Positions 18,793 through 27,831 of a stretch of DNA of 47,745 bases are shown piece by piece (position 1 is the first letter of the stretch; the number at the start of each line of letters is the position of its first letter). The notes below the pieces were generated by a model, which was not told where the DNA came from, did no database searches, and was given only the letters and a program-made list of their open reading frames with translations. The translations under genes and the position numbers were made by a program. The stretch lies in assembly GCA_964468965.1 (NCBI GenBank), contig CAYXXA010000002.1, positions 1-47,745 of the forward strand, read 5' to 3'. Source of the DNA: an uncultured Candidatus Peribacteria bacterium. Lineage in GTDB: Bacteria > Patescibacteriota > Gracilibacteria > UBA4473.

Positions 18793-21700
18793 CTAAGCAC
18801 TTCCAATCGCTTGTCGCCTTTTTCCACAGTTATTTTCTTGCATAAAAGGCACTCCTGCTGGTCTAGTTGAAGTAGCAGGGGACCAACTCGATGGATCATC
18901 CACACAATCTCCACGCCCTAGTATTCCTGGCAGACAAAGTTCTAAATTTCGTTGATCACAAGCTGGAAAACAAATTCCTGTGTCATAAATATAACCTGGT
19001 TCACAATAACTCGCACAAGATCCACCAGCTTCTAAATTTTGTTCTCCTCTGTCAACCGCGGACGTTCCACAAGTTGAAAATTTCTCTATACAATAAGATC
19101 CATTATTAAATAAAGGAGAAATAATACCGTCTCCGGTGTACCCACAAGCATCATTATTGTAGTCCGCCGTACTGTTCCCCGCTTGAGTACTCGAAAGTGA
19201 ACGTCGCAATTCCTTGACTGTTGTCAACACAAAAGCTTGACTCTCGCTTGCCCGAACTAATCCTGATGGAAGTGTTCTTGTTGGGACTTCGGGCTTTACC
19301 GCATCGTACCAATCGATATCGTTAGCGTGTGTTTCTGGATCAATGCAATTTCCCGCTTTATCACAAACTTTTATTTTTCGAGTTCCTGTCGTATCACAAA
19401 TTGTAGAATCATCACAGAAATTCCCCCGAACGTGAATCTCGTAGTTTGACTTCATACAATTACTCCCTAATGACTCATTACAAGTAAAATTCAGCAAAAT
19501 GCCTTCCGCTTTTGATTTTGAAAGTGATTTTACACTTTTAATCCGTTGTTGAAGATCGGGAATACTATCGGGAATCGTTGAGTCCTCTAAAGTTGTTATT
19601 GTTGCCTGAATTGACTCAATTTCAGAAGTTAGCGCTGATACTTGTGTTGTCAATAAGTCAATATCCACATTAAGAGCTTGTAATTCCGCTGTAATCGCTG
19701 AAATATCATGAGAAACCGTTGTATAGTCACTGAGTAAGTGATTTCGCAGAGCACATAGACTATTAACTTCCATTAATGACATAAGTGAATCTCTCCTTAT
19801 TGCAAAAAGTTGCATACAAGATAGTGGTTTACTAAAGGGATTTATTTCCATGAAAGAACTATTTATCTGTTTTATTTTAAAAGCAATAATCCCTTTTTTT
19901 GTTATTAATTTATCTTTTTTCATGGACTTATAGGGTTCTATTCTATTCTTCTTATCAGATAAAATATCTGCTTTTTGATTTCGCTCAGACTCTTTGGAAA
20001 GGAGTGTTGCTCTCGCCGCATCACGAGTATTTATTTTAGTCGCTAATAAAGTTTCTGCCGCCTCAACACGCGGTTTGTGAAGCCTTTGCTGGGGATTGTT
20101 ATCGTATTTGAAGTTTAAAATAGGTGATGTTTGATCGATCTTTAGTGTTCGCGCTGTTGAACCATACCAAACCCCTCCAGAACAAGATACCCCAGTCCCT
20201 CCTATACAGAAGTACACCTCATAATCCCAATCTCCATCCGTCAAAAAAGTTTTTAGTGGTGTCGCGTCAACAAGTGTGTCTGCCTCCGTATTCAGCTCAA
20301 ACTCAAAACGAACATTATCGGTAACTGAAAACCCATTCCCCGTTGAGGCATTAAAATCTCCTGTCATATCAATTGCCACGTACCCCTCCTGTGTTCCCTT
20401 TGTCAAATGAACAAGTGTAAATCCTGGTTTTGTATTAGCTGGTGCAAACAATGGTGCCGAATCTAAAAGCAAACTACTCAGAATACTCCCACTCATCCGT
20501 ACTTTAGCATAATTCCCAAACCCTGCATTGGGGACTCCTGTTGTATCTGGATTAGGATTAAAAAACCAAGACGTTACAGGATACTTCCACCACAACTGTG
20601 CACCTACTCCAGACGTCGGGAAAGCCAGTGCCTGACTTGTAACAAAAAAAACCCCTACAAAAATCATAAAGAATCTTCGGTGTAGACGAAGCCATCCATT
20701 AATAGCAATTAAAAAGAGTATTAACGCCCCCCCTCCATAAAGAAACCAGTCTTTTCGCACCCACCATTTAACTTTTTCAATTTTCCCCTCGAGTGCTTTA
20801 CTTTTCTTTTGCGCCTCAATGCCATCCAATATACTTGGGTCGATAAACATTTTTCGTTCTAGATGTTTCTGTCCAATAACTTTCCCCTTTTTACTTAGCT
20901 CAATGTCAGCCACAAAAATACTAGCCTTTTGTGTTAAAGTAAAAGTAAATCCCCCCTTAAAATTCCCGTTTTTCGCTACCTTCAGCAACTTCTCATCTTT
21001 CAGCTCTGCCACTTCTTCATTTTCCCATTTTTGCACCACTCTTATTCTAGCTTTAATATCTCCCACAGGAAGAGTTGTTCCAGCAAAAACAAAACTCACT
21101 TTTTTCGATTTTAAATCTTCCTCAAGAAGATCGAAATAGTTAATTTGAGCAAAAAGCCCCTCAACATAAAAGTGCCCCTCAAGAGTCCCTCCACTTTTTT
21201 CACCATTTTTATCCTGTAAAAAAGCCTTAATCGTATAAACCTGTGGAGTAGCTGGTTCCGGGATAGTGATATGAACAATCGACGAAGCAGAAGATAAGGC
21301 CCCCCCTTTAACCGTTTTTTGCAACTTTTTACCTGTACGGTCGTATAATTCTACCACTGGTGTAAACAAAGAAGTATCGGCTTCTGTCTCAACTAAAAAG
21401 GAAACTATTCGATGGCCATCTACTAACTTTATTGACAAGGCGGATATCTTTGTTTTTGTGAAGTTTTCTTGTCGAGGAACTTTTTGCTCTACGCGCCCCA
21501 TAAGTCTGTCTCGTTTTCCATAAATCTCAAAAGTAAGAACTGTTTCTGGTGTAATCTTGACGTCCTTTATATCAAGGTCAAAGCGAAGTTTTCCTTGTTT
21601 TATAGCGGATAAGTCCACTTTCTCTTCAAAAAAAATAGCCCCAGCCTTATCCCTTAACTGAAATCGAGCCTTCGTTATTGTCGCCTGAGGGAGTCCAAAA

Positions 21701-21909
21701 ACACGACCAACGAGTTGACCAGCTTTTGTCTGTCGAAAAAAATCTAACTTCATACTACTAACCGTAATGGAATCCATCCAAACCACTTTACTCGTCTCTG
21801 GAGGTTTAAAATCCCTGATAATCAAACTCTTAGCAGACCCATTGTCAATGATAAAAAGAAGTCCCAAGAAAATTAAATAAATACACTGTTTTATTTTTGC
21901 ATATAACAT
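18793..21909 (-). CDS. Giant membrane-tethered surface protein (1038 aa); function unknown
   Basis: N-terminal signal/anchor, a ~370-aa beta-rich region, a central hydrophobic hairpin (WFLYGGGALILFLIAINGW-LRLHRR-FFMIFVGVFFVTSQALA), a coiled-coil-like stretch, then a Cys-rich C-terminus. It lies 21 nt upstream of the 729-aa gene. Confidence 0.6.
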   Translation of the reverse strand: MLYAKIKQCIYLIFLGLLFIIDNGSAKSLIIRDFKPPETSKVVWMDSITVSSMKLDFFRQTKAGQLVGRVFGLPQATITKARFQLRDKAGAIFFEEKVDLSAIKQGKLRFDLDIKDVKITPETVLTFEIYGKRDRLMGRVEQKVPRQENFTKTKISALSIKLVDGHRIVSFLVETEADTSLFTPVVELYDRTGKKLQKTVKGGALSSASSIVHITIPEPATPQVYTIKAFLQDKNGEKSGGTLEGHFYVEGLFAQINYFDLLEEDLKSKKVSFVFAGTTLPVGDIKARIRVVQKWENEEVAELKDEKLLKVAKNGNFKGGFTFTLTQKASIFVADIELSKKGKVIGQKHLERKMFIDPSILDGIEAQKKSKALEGKIEKVKWWVRKDWFLYGGGALILFLIAINGWLRLHRRFFMIFVGVFFVTSQALAFPTSGVGAQLWWKYPVTSWFFNPNPDTTGVPNAGFGNYAKVRMSGSILSSLLLDSAPLFAPANTKPGFTLVHLTKGTQEGYVAIDMTGDFNASTGNGFSVTDNVRFEFELNTEADTLVDATPLKTFLTDGDWDYEVYFCIGGTGVSCSGGVWYGSTARTLKIDQTSPILNFKYDNNPQQRLHKPRVEAAETLLATKINTRDAARATLLSKESERNQKADILSDKKNRIEPYKSMKKDKLITKKGIIAFKIKQINSSFMEINPFSKPLSCMQLFAIRRDSLMSLMEVNSLCALRNHLLSDYTTVSHDISAITAELQALNVDIDLLTTQVSALTSEIESIQATITTLEDSTIPDSIPDLQQRIKSVKSLSKSKAEGILLNFTCNESLGSNCMKSNYEIHVRGNFCDDSTICDTTGTRKIKVCDKAGNCIDPETHANDIDWYDAVKPEVPTRTLPSGLVRASESQAFVLTTVKELRRSLSSTQAGNSTADYNNDACGYTGDGIISPLFNNGSYCIEKFSTCGTSAVDRGEQNLEAGGSCASYCEPGYIYDTGICFPACDQRNLELCLPGILGRGDCVDDPSSWSPATSTRPAGVPFMQENNCGKRRQAIGSA

Positions 21910-21994
21910 ATCCTTTACATTCTAGTTAAGATACCCCACTCCCTCAAAGAAAAAGACTTGCCAAAATTGCTATTTTTTACACAATGCTACTTGT

Positions 21995-23515
21995 ATGCGA
22001 TATAGAAACAATCGACGGCGGTCCATGTATCATCGAAAAAAAAGGAAGAACCCAATTCCTTTGATTCTATTTTTTATTATTATCGGCTTTATTTTATGGT
22101 CCATTTTCCAAATAGTGGCTTCTGTTTTTTCTAGTATCAGCACAGAACCTTCCAGTGCTGAAGTTCAGATTATAAAAGGGCAAGCCTCGTTCCGCCTCCC
22201 AGACAACTCTAACTGGAGCCTTGCTTTTTCCGAACAAAAACTCTGGCCTAATGAATCTATTCGTACTAACGAAAAAGGAAAAGCTTCTCTTGATATATTT
22301 GACAGTAATACCATTTTCCTAGCCCCTAATACAGAAGTCCAAGTCTTAAACCTTGAAGAAAAAAGTAATCAGGAAAAAATTGTACAGTTAAAACTCAATA
22401 GTGGAGAGATTTGGGCAAAAACCTCTGGCGATGCTTTTAAAGAAAAGAATTCTCAATTTCAAGTTCAGACTGATCGCCTAAATTTATACACTAAATCCGC
22501 CACCTTTGACCTCTCCCACAATGCAGAAGAAGATATCGTTCGACTTATTAAGGGAGACCTTACAATCAATATTCTCAATGGAGAAGAAAAAGATAAACAC
22601 CCAATCTCAGTTACTCTTGGTGTTGGTCAAGAGGTAATCATTAATGATGAAACTATTGCACAATTACAACAAAACAAAGAAATACTTACTATTATTGATA
22701 CAGGCTTCATTGAATCAGAGTGGCATTTGGATAATCTTGAAGTCTTCTTTCCACAGGAGGCACAGAAGATAAAAACACGTATTGAATCACAAAAAACAAT
22801 ACCAAGTAATAATCCTGACTCCTCTGCTAACGCCTCCTCCGAAGTTGAATCGCCTACCGTTATCACTCCAAAAAACGGAATCACTATTCCCTCCTCCGAA
22901 AACCGAATTACCATAGAAGGAACCGCCCCCTTAAATGCTTTTCAGATAGAGGTAAATGGATTTGCCCTCACGCGGTTTACTCCTGGTGACAAAAAGTGGC
23001 GCTACTTCGCCGGAGTGGAATGGGGAACACTCGTTCACGGAGAAAACACCTATTCTATCGTTACAATCACCCAAGATGGTAAACGTTCGATACCAACCGT
23101 ACTCAAGATAAACTACGAAGGTAGTAATTTTATAAAAAAAACACCCCTAAAAACAGCCTCAATTACAGAAACTCTCCCCAAAGAAGTAACTCAATCCACT
23201 ACTCCTAGCAATTTTTCCGATATCGTTATTACTAGCCCTGAAACCTTTGATGCTAATGGTATTCATCAAACCGCTCAACCTGCTATTAGTATAAAAGGAA
23301 CCGTTGACCCCCAAACTCAATCGGTAGAAGTTAACCGATATAAGCTTAAACGGTTTAGTCCGGGCGATACAAAATTTTCCTATACCGCCGTTAACAACGG
23401 ACTTCACGGGAACATGAAAGTTGGCGAAAATATTTATCACATTACGGCTTTCGGACCCAATGGGAAAAAAGCCTCAACTACAGTAAAAATCAACTATACG
23501 CCAGTTGATCTTTAA
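21995..23515 (+). CDS. Membrane-anchored FecR-like protein with two C-terminal Ig-like repeats
   Basis: Basic N-terminus plus a TM helix (RKKRKNPIPLILFFIIIGFILWSIF). A FecR-like stretch reads IKGQASFRLPDNSNW...IRTNEKGKASLDIFDSNTIFLAPNTEVQVLNL. Two homologous ~72-aa modules each end in KINY. Confidence 0.55.
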   Translation: MRYRNNRRRSMYHRKKRKNPIPLILFFIIIGFILWSIFQIVASVFSSISTEPSSAEVQIIKGQASFRLPDNSNWSLAFSEQKLWPNESIRTNEKGKASLDIFDSNTIFLAPNTEVQVLNLEEKSNQEKIVQLKLNSGEIWAKTSGDAFKEKNSQFQVQTDRLNLYTKSATFDLSHNAEEDIVRLIKGDLTINILNGEEKDKHPISVTLGVGQEVIINDETIAQLQQNKEILTIIDTGFIESEWHLDNLEVFFPQEAQKIKTRIESQKTIPSNNPDSSANASSEVESPTVITPKNGITIPSSENRITIEGTAPLNAFQIEVNGFALTRFTPGDKKWRYFAGVEWGTLVHGENTYSIVTITQDGKRSIPTVLKINYEGSNFIKKTPLKTASITETLPKEVTQSTTPSNFSDIVITSPETFDANGIHQTAQPAISIKGTVDPQTQSVEVNRYKLKRFSPGDTKFSYTAVNNGLHGNMKVGENIYHITAFGPNGKKASTTVKINYTPVDL

Positions 23516-23543
23516 ATAAACTGCTTCTTTTTAAATTTACTTT

Positions 23544-23558
23544 TGCAATATTATTGCA
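23544..23558. promoter_or_regulatory. Candidate Fur-family operator (perfect 7-1-7 palindrome)
   Basis: TGCAATA-T-TATTGCA is a perfect inverted repeat 68 nt upstream of the fur-family ATG. It overlaps a TTGCAA -35-like hexamer. An extra TATTGCA half-site lies at 23608-23614. Confidence 0.45.
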
Positions 23559-23625
23559 TTTTTGTAATACTTAGTACTGCAAAGGTTTTTTAAACTTTAT
23601 ACTACATTATTGCAAAAAAATAAAA

Positions 23626-24066
23626 ATGAAAACATTTACTGAAAAAGCAGTGGACTACTTCACTCAAAAAAATTGGCGCATAACAGTCGCCGTACGAGCT
23701 ATTTTAAACCTATTAGAAGAAGCTGAGACGATGTTATCGGTACGAGCTATACAGCGTCAACTTAAACAGAAAGAAAAAATCATTAATACCTCAACTGTTT
23801 ACAGAATCCTTGAACGATTAGAATCTTCTCATCTCATTCATGCTTTTGAACGACGATGGAAAGTTTGTAGCTACCCAGAAAATACCACTGATGAGCATCA
23901 TTTTTTAATCTGTGATCAATGTCAACGTGTTGAAGAAATATTCCTAGATTATAAATCAGCTATTGCCGAACAACTAGCACAAGAAAAAAAATTTTTACTC
24001 AAAAAAGTTCATCTTGGTTTTTTTGGTATCTGTAAAAACTGCCAGAAAAAAAAACTAGATTCTTGA
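23626..24066 (+). CDS. Fur-family metalloregulator (Fur/Zur/PerR type)
   Basis: Winged-helix recognition segment STVYRILERLESSHLIH. Metal-site motifs are HHFLICDQCQRVEE and the C-terminal CKNCQ, giving two CxxC pairs. Confidence 0.85.
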   Translation: MKTFTEKAVDYFTQKNWRITVAVRAILNLLEEAETMLSVRAIQRQLKQKEKIINTSTVYRILERLESSHLIHAFERRWKVCSYPENTTDEHHFLICDQCQRVEEIFLDYKSAIAEQLAQEKKFLLKKVHLGFFGICKNCQKKKLDS

Positions 24067-24252
24067 CTTTTAGTTAATACACAATAGTATAGAGACTGAA
24101 AGGGTTTGAACGATACTTTAGTCCACATTTTTTTTATAAAAAACGGCACCAGATTATTCAATTTATTACAACTAGGAGAAATCTAAATTTTCAGCCGACA
24201 ACACAAAGTATTTTGACAACCCATTTCTTTCTTAACTACTTAAAAGAATCAA

Positions 24253-25794
24253 ATGGATATTACAATTATCATAACCGGACTTCTCGGTTTTCTTGGTGGT
24301 CTTTTGATTACCTATGTCGTCACGAAGCCAAAAGCCAAAATTCTAGAAGAGGCAGCACAACGAGAGGCAGAAATGCTTCGAAAAAATGCGAAGGAAGAGG
24401 CCCAACGAATTATAACCGATGGAAAACATCAAATTGAAATTTTACGAGAAAACACCAAACGTGAAGAACACCAAATGCGGGATCGTCTCACGAAGATGCA
24501 AGAACAGTTTGATCAACGAATAGCTAAAAAGGAAGATGTGCTTGAGAAAAAGGAGGAGCGAATGGAAAAAGCTCGAGAAGAATATGAGGAGGCGGCTCGA
24601 AAACTAGATGAAAAACAGCAAAGACTAGATCAACAACTAGACAAACAAACACAAAAACTAGAGGCTATCGCTAAACTATCAAAAGTTGAGGCCAAGAAAG
24701 AACTATTACAGCGAGTAGAAGATCAGTGTTCTACTGAATTAGCCGAATCAATGCGAAAAAAAGTCGAACTTATGGAAACCGCTGCCGACGAAGAAGGCGC
24801 TAATATTATTGTTCAGTCTATTCAGCGTTATGCCAGCTCTGTCACTTCTGAATCAACTATATCCGTGGTTAAGATTGATTCCGATGACATTAAGGGGAAA
24901 ATTATCGGGCGAGAAGGACGAAATATCAATGCCTTTGAGATGATTACAGGCGTTGATCTTATTGTTGATGATACTCCTGGAACGATCACTATTTCTTCTT
25001 TTGATGTTTTCCGACGATACGTCGCAAAAATTGCCCTAGAAGAACTAATTAAAGATGGACGAATTCATCCATCACGAATTGAGGAAGCCGTCAAAAAGGC
25101 GGAGGAACGAGCAGATAAAATCCTTTTAGACCTTGGTAAAAAGGCCTCCTATGACCTTGGCATAACTGGATTTCCAGACCCAATTCTGAAACTAGTAGGA
25201 CGACTACGATTTCGAACCTCTTATGGTCAGAATGTCCTCCAACACTCTATGGAAGTGGCTTATATTGCCGAAGCTATTGCCAATGATTTACCGGGTGCCA
25301 ATCCAGAAATCTGTAAACAAGCTGGACTCGTCCACGACATTGGAAAAGCGGTTTCTCATGAAGTCGAGGGGGGACACGCCGTTATTGGAAATGATATTTT
25401 GAAAAAATTTGGAATTGATGAACGTATCATCCTTGCTATGCGATCTCATCATGAGGACTATCCATACGAAACTATTGAATCACGGATTCTACAAGCGGCT
25501 GATGCTATTTCTGCCTCACGACCTGGTGCACGACGAGAAACTATGGAGAAGTACATCAAACGACTCAAAGAACTTGAGGCTATTGCAGGAAGCTTTTCCG
25601 GAGTGGAAAAAGTATTTGCCATTCAAGCTGGACGAGAAATTCGAATATTTGTAAATGCAAAAGAGGTTGACGATCTTACAGCTGAAAGACTCTCTTTTGA
25701 GATTGCCCGAAAAATTGAACAAGGGTGTTCTTATCCTGGTGAAGTCAAAGTAGCGGTTATTCGTGAAGCAAGGTATGAGGGGATTGCAAAATAG
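24253..25794 (+). CDS. rny: Ribonuclease Y
   Basis: N-terminal TM helix, a long charged coiled coil, a KH domain (GKIIGREGRNI), and an HD domain (HSMEVAY...VHDIGKA). Confidence 0.9.
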   Translation: MDITIIITGLLGFLGGLLITYVVTKPKAKILEEAAQREAEMLRKNAKEEAQRIITDGKHQIEILRENTKREEHQMRDRLTKMQEQFDQRIAKKEDVLEKKEERMEKAREEYEEAARKLDEKQQRLDQQLDKQTQKLEAIAKLSKVEAKKELLQRVEDQCSTELAESMRKKVELMETAADEEGANIIVQSIQRYASSVTSESTISVVKIDSDDIKGKIIGREGRNINAFEMITGVDLIVDDTPGTITISSFDVFRRYVAKIALEELIKDGRIHPSRIEEAVKKAEERADKILLDLGKKASYDLGITGFPDPILKLVGRLRFRTSYGQNVLQHSMEVAYIAEAIANDLPGANPEICKQAGLVHDIGKAVSHEVEGGHAVIGNDILKKFGIDERIILAMRSHHEDYPYETIESRILQAADAISASRPGARRETMEKYIKRLKELEAIAGSFSGVEKVFAIQAGREIRIFVNAKEVDDLTAERLSFEIARKIEQGCSYPGEVKVAVIREARYEGIAK

Positions 25795-25952
25795 ATAACA
25801 CCACCTGATCAGCGAGGAAAGAACAAGTTTATTCTAAAACCTAATAAAACTTTCCAAAGTGATTGAGATACTGAGTAAACTAAAGTATCATTACAGAACT
25901 ATGTTCCCTTAAAAATCTTTGAATTTCGAACGGAAAACCTAAAACTCATACT

Positions 25953-26456
25953 ATGAAAGTAACACTCCTCATGGCAATTACCCTAGACGGGAAAATTGGG
26001 AAAGATGCTGATCACTTTCCTGACTGGACAGGAAAAGAAGATAAAAAACTCTTTGTTGAAATGACTAAAAAAGCAGGAGTTTTGATCATGGGTTCGAAAA
26101 CTTTTGATACGATTGGCAAACCGCTCCCCGATCGGAAAAATATTATCATTACTCGAAGTAAACACCGTAAATCTGAATGGAAAAACTTAGAATTCACTAA
26201 TAAGACCCCTCATGAAATTCTAGAAAAACTCGAAACGGAAAATTTTACAGAAGTTATCCTTGCGGGAGGATCACAGATAAATAGTCTTTTTGCCAGAGCT
26301 AACGCTATCAATGAAATCGTTGTGACCATTTGTCCGAAGATTTTTGGATCAGGTATTGGGCTTTTCACCGAAGACATTGAGATGAACTTAACTTTATTAG
26401 GTATGAAAAAAATATCAGAGGATGTTTTGTGTTTGAAGTACAAGGTTTTAAAATAA
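25953..26456 (+). CDS. RibD C-terminal-domain family reductase (dihydrofolate-reductase-like)
   Basis: MAITLDGKIG...LIMGSKTFDTIGKPLPDRKNIIITRS...ILAGGSQINS matches the RibD_C/DHFR-like fold pattern. Confidence 0.7.
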   Translation: MKVTLLMAITLDGKIGKDADHFPDWTGKEDKKLFVEMTKKAGVLIMGSKTFDTIGKPLPDRKNIIITRSKHRKSEWKNLEFTNKTPHEILEKLETENFTEVILAGGSQINSLFARANAINEIVVTICPKIFGSGIGLFTEDIEMNLTLLGMKKISEDVLCLKYKVLK

Positions 26457-26515
26457 ATCACGAAGGGCCTCTTTGAGCGTGAATTTTAAAAAGCATTGGA
26501 TTATAGATGAAGCTC

Positions 26516-27694
26516 CTAGACCTTTTTCACTTGCCCAAAGTTTCGTTTTCCTACTTTCAGCACTAGTTCTCTACTAATTTTAACGGTCATCGTAGGGTCG
26601 GTAATCTTTTCTCCGTCAATTGAAACCGCCCCACCAACGATCAACCGACGAGCCTCTCCATTTGACTTCGCAAACCCGCAAACGTGAGAAATTAAATTGA
26701 GAATCCCGATGGAGTTCTCTGAAACTTCAAAAGTTGGGATACCGTCTGGTACTTCCTTTTTTACAAACTTTTGTAGAAAGTCTTGTTCGGCCTTATCGGC
26801 AGCTTCTGCTGAATCAAGCCAAGTGATAATCGTTTTGGCAAGTTGAAGTTTTGCATCTCGCGGATTGGTTTCAATCATTTTTTGTGCCTCTTCTAGCTCT
26901 ATGTCCGTCAAACACTCAAAGTATTCCATCATTGCTGTATCAGGAATCGACATGATTTTCCCAAGCATTTCATTCGCACTATCACTCAACGCGATATAGT
27001 TCCCTAGTGATTTAGACATTTTTTCTTTTCCATCCGTTCCCACTAGTAGTTTTGTCGTGATAACGTTTTGTGGGGTTTTTCCAAAATGTTTTTGAATCGG
27101 TCGTGCTGCAAGCATATTGAACAGCTGATCATTACCACCTAACTCAATATCAACATTCATGGGAACCGAATCATATCCTTGCATAAGTGGATAAAAGAAC
27201 TCAATAAGGTTAATCTGCTTTCCCTCAGCTATCCTTTTTTGAAACATATCTCGATCCAGCATTTGTGCAACCGTAAAGGTTCCCGCTAGCTCTAAAACCT
27301 CTTCAAAATTCATCTTAGAAAGCCAATCATAGTTATGAAAGATCTCACACCGTTCAATATCGAGAATTTTCCCAGCCTGTTCTAAGTATTTTTTAGAATT
27401 TTCCTCGATTTCTTTGTCAGTTAAAACTTTTCGAGTCTTATCTTTCCCTGTTGGATCCCCAATTTTTGCTGTAAAGTTCCCAAACAAAAAACACACCTGG
27501 TGTCCCGATTTCTGAAAATCCGCTAACTTTTTAAAAACCACCGCGTGACCAAGCGTTAGGTCTGTTCCTGTCGGATCAATTCCCAGTTTGATCCGTAGAA
27601 CCCTCCCCGATTTTAACTTTTCCTCTAATTCTTTCCGAACAACAACGTCCGAAACGCCACGAGTGAGAAGATGATTGATTTCATTTAGCTCCAT
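26516..27694 (-). CDS. tyrS: Tyrosyl-tRNA synthetase
   Basis: HIGH-type motif GIDPTGTDLTLGHAV, KMSKS, and a C-terminal S4-like domain (GEARRLIVGGAVSIDGEKI). Confidence 0.95.
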   Translation of the reverse strand: MELNEINHLLTRGVSDVVVRKELEEKLKSGRVLRIKLGIDPTGTDLTLGHAVVFKKLADFQKSGHQVCFLFGNFTAKIGDPTGKDKTRKVLTDKEIEENSKKYLEQAGKILDIERCEIFHNYDWLSKMNFEEVLELAGTFTVAQMLDRDMFQKRIAEGKQINLIEFFYPLMQGYDSVPMNVDIELGGNDQLFNMLAARPIQKHFGKTPQNVITTKLLVGTDGKEKMSKSLGNYIALSDSANEMLGKIMSIPDTAMMEYFECLTDIELEEAQKMIETNPRDAKLQLAKTIITWLDSAEAADKAEQDFLQKFVKKEVPDGIPTFEVSENSIGILNLISHVCGFAKSNGEARRLIVGGAVSIDGEKITDPTMTVKISRELVLKVGKRNFGQVKKV

Positions 27695-27831
27695 TTTTTG
27701 AGTTTTAAAATTCCTTGTAAGTATAGAGTAAAATACCTATTCCCTCAAAAAATAAATAAAGAACAACTTAGCGTCGCTATAATTTCGATAAATTTTCTTT
27801 TTGATACGTAAAATTTCTCTAAACTGTTCGC

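Noticed and set aside
24213-24437. A 74-aa ORF that overlaps the start of rny.
   Set aside because: It is an alternative frame of the RNase Y N-terminus. The RNase Y frame gives the expected TM helix and coiled coil.
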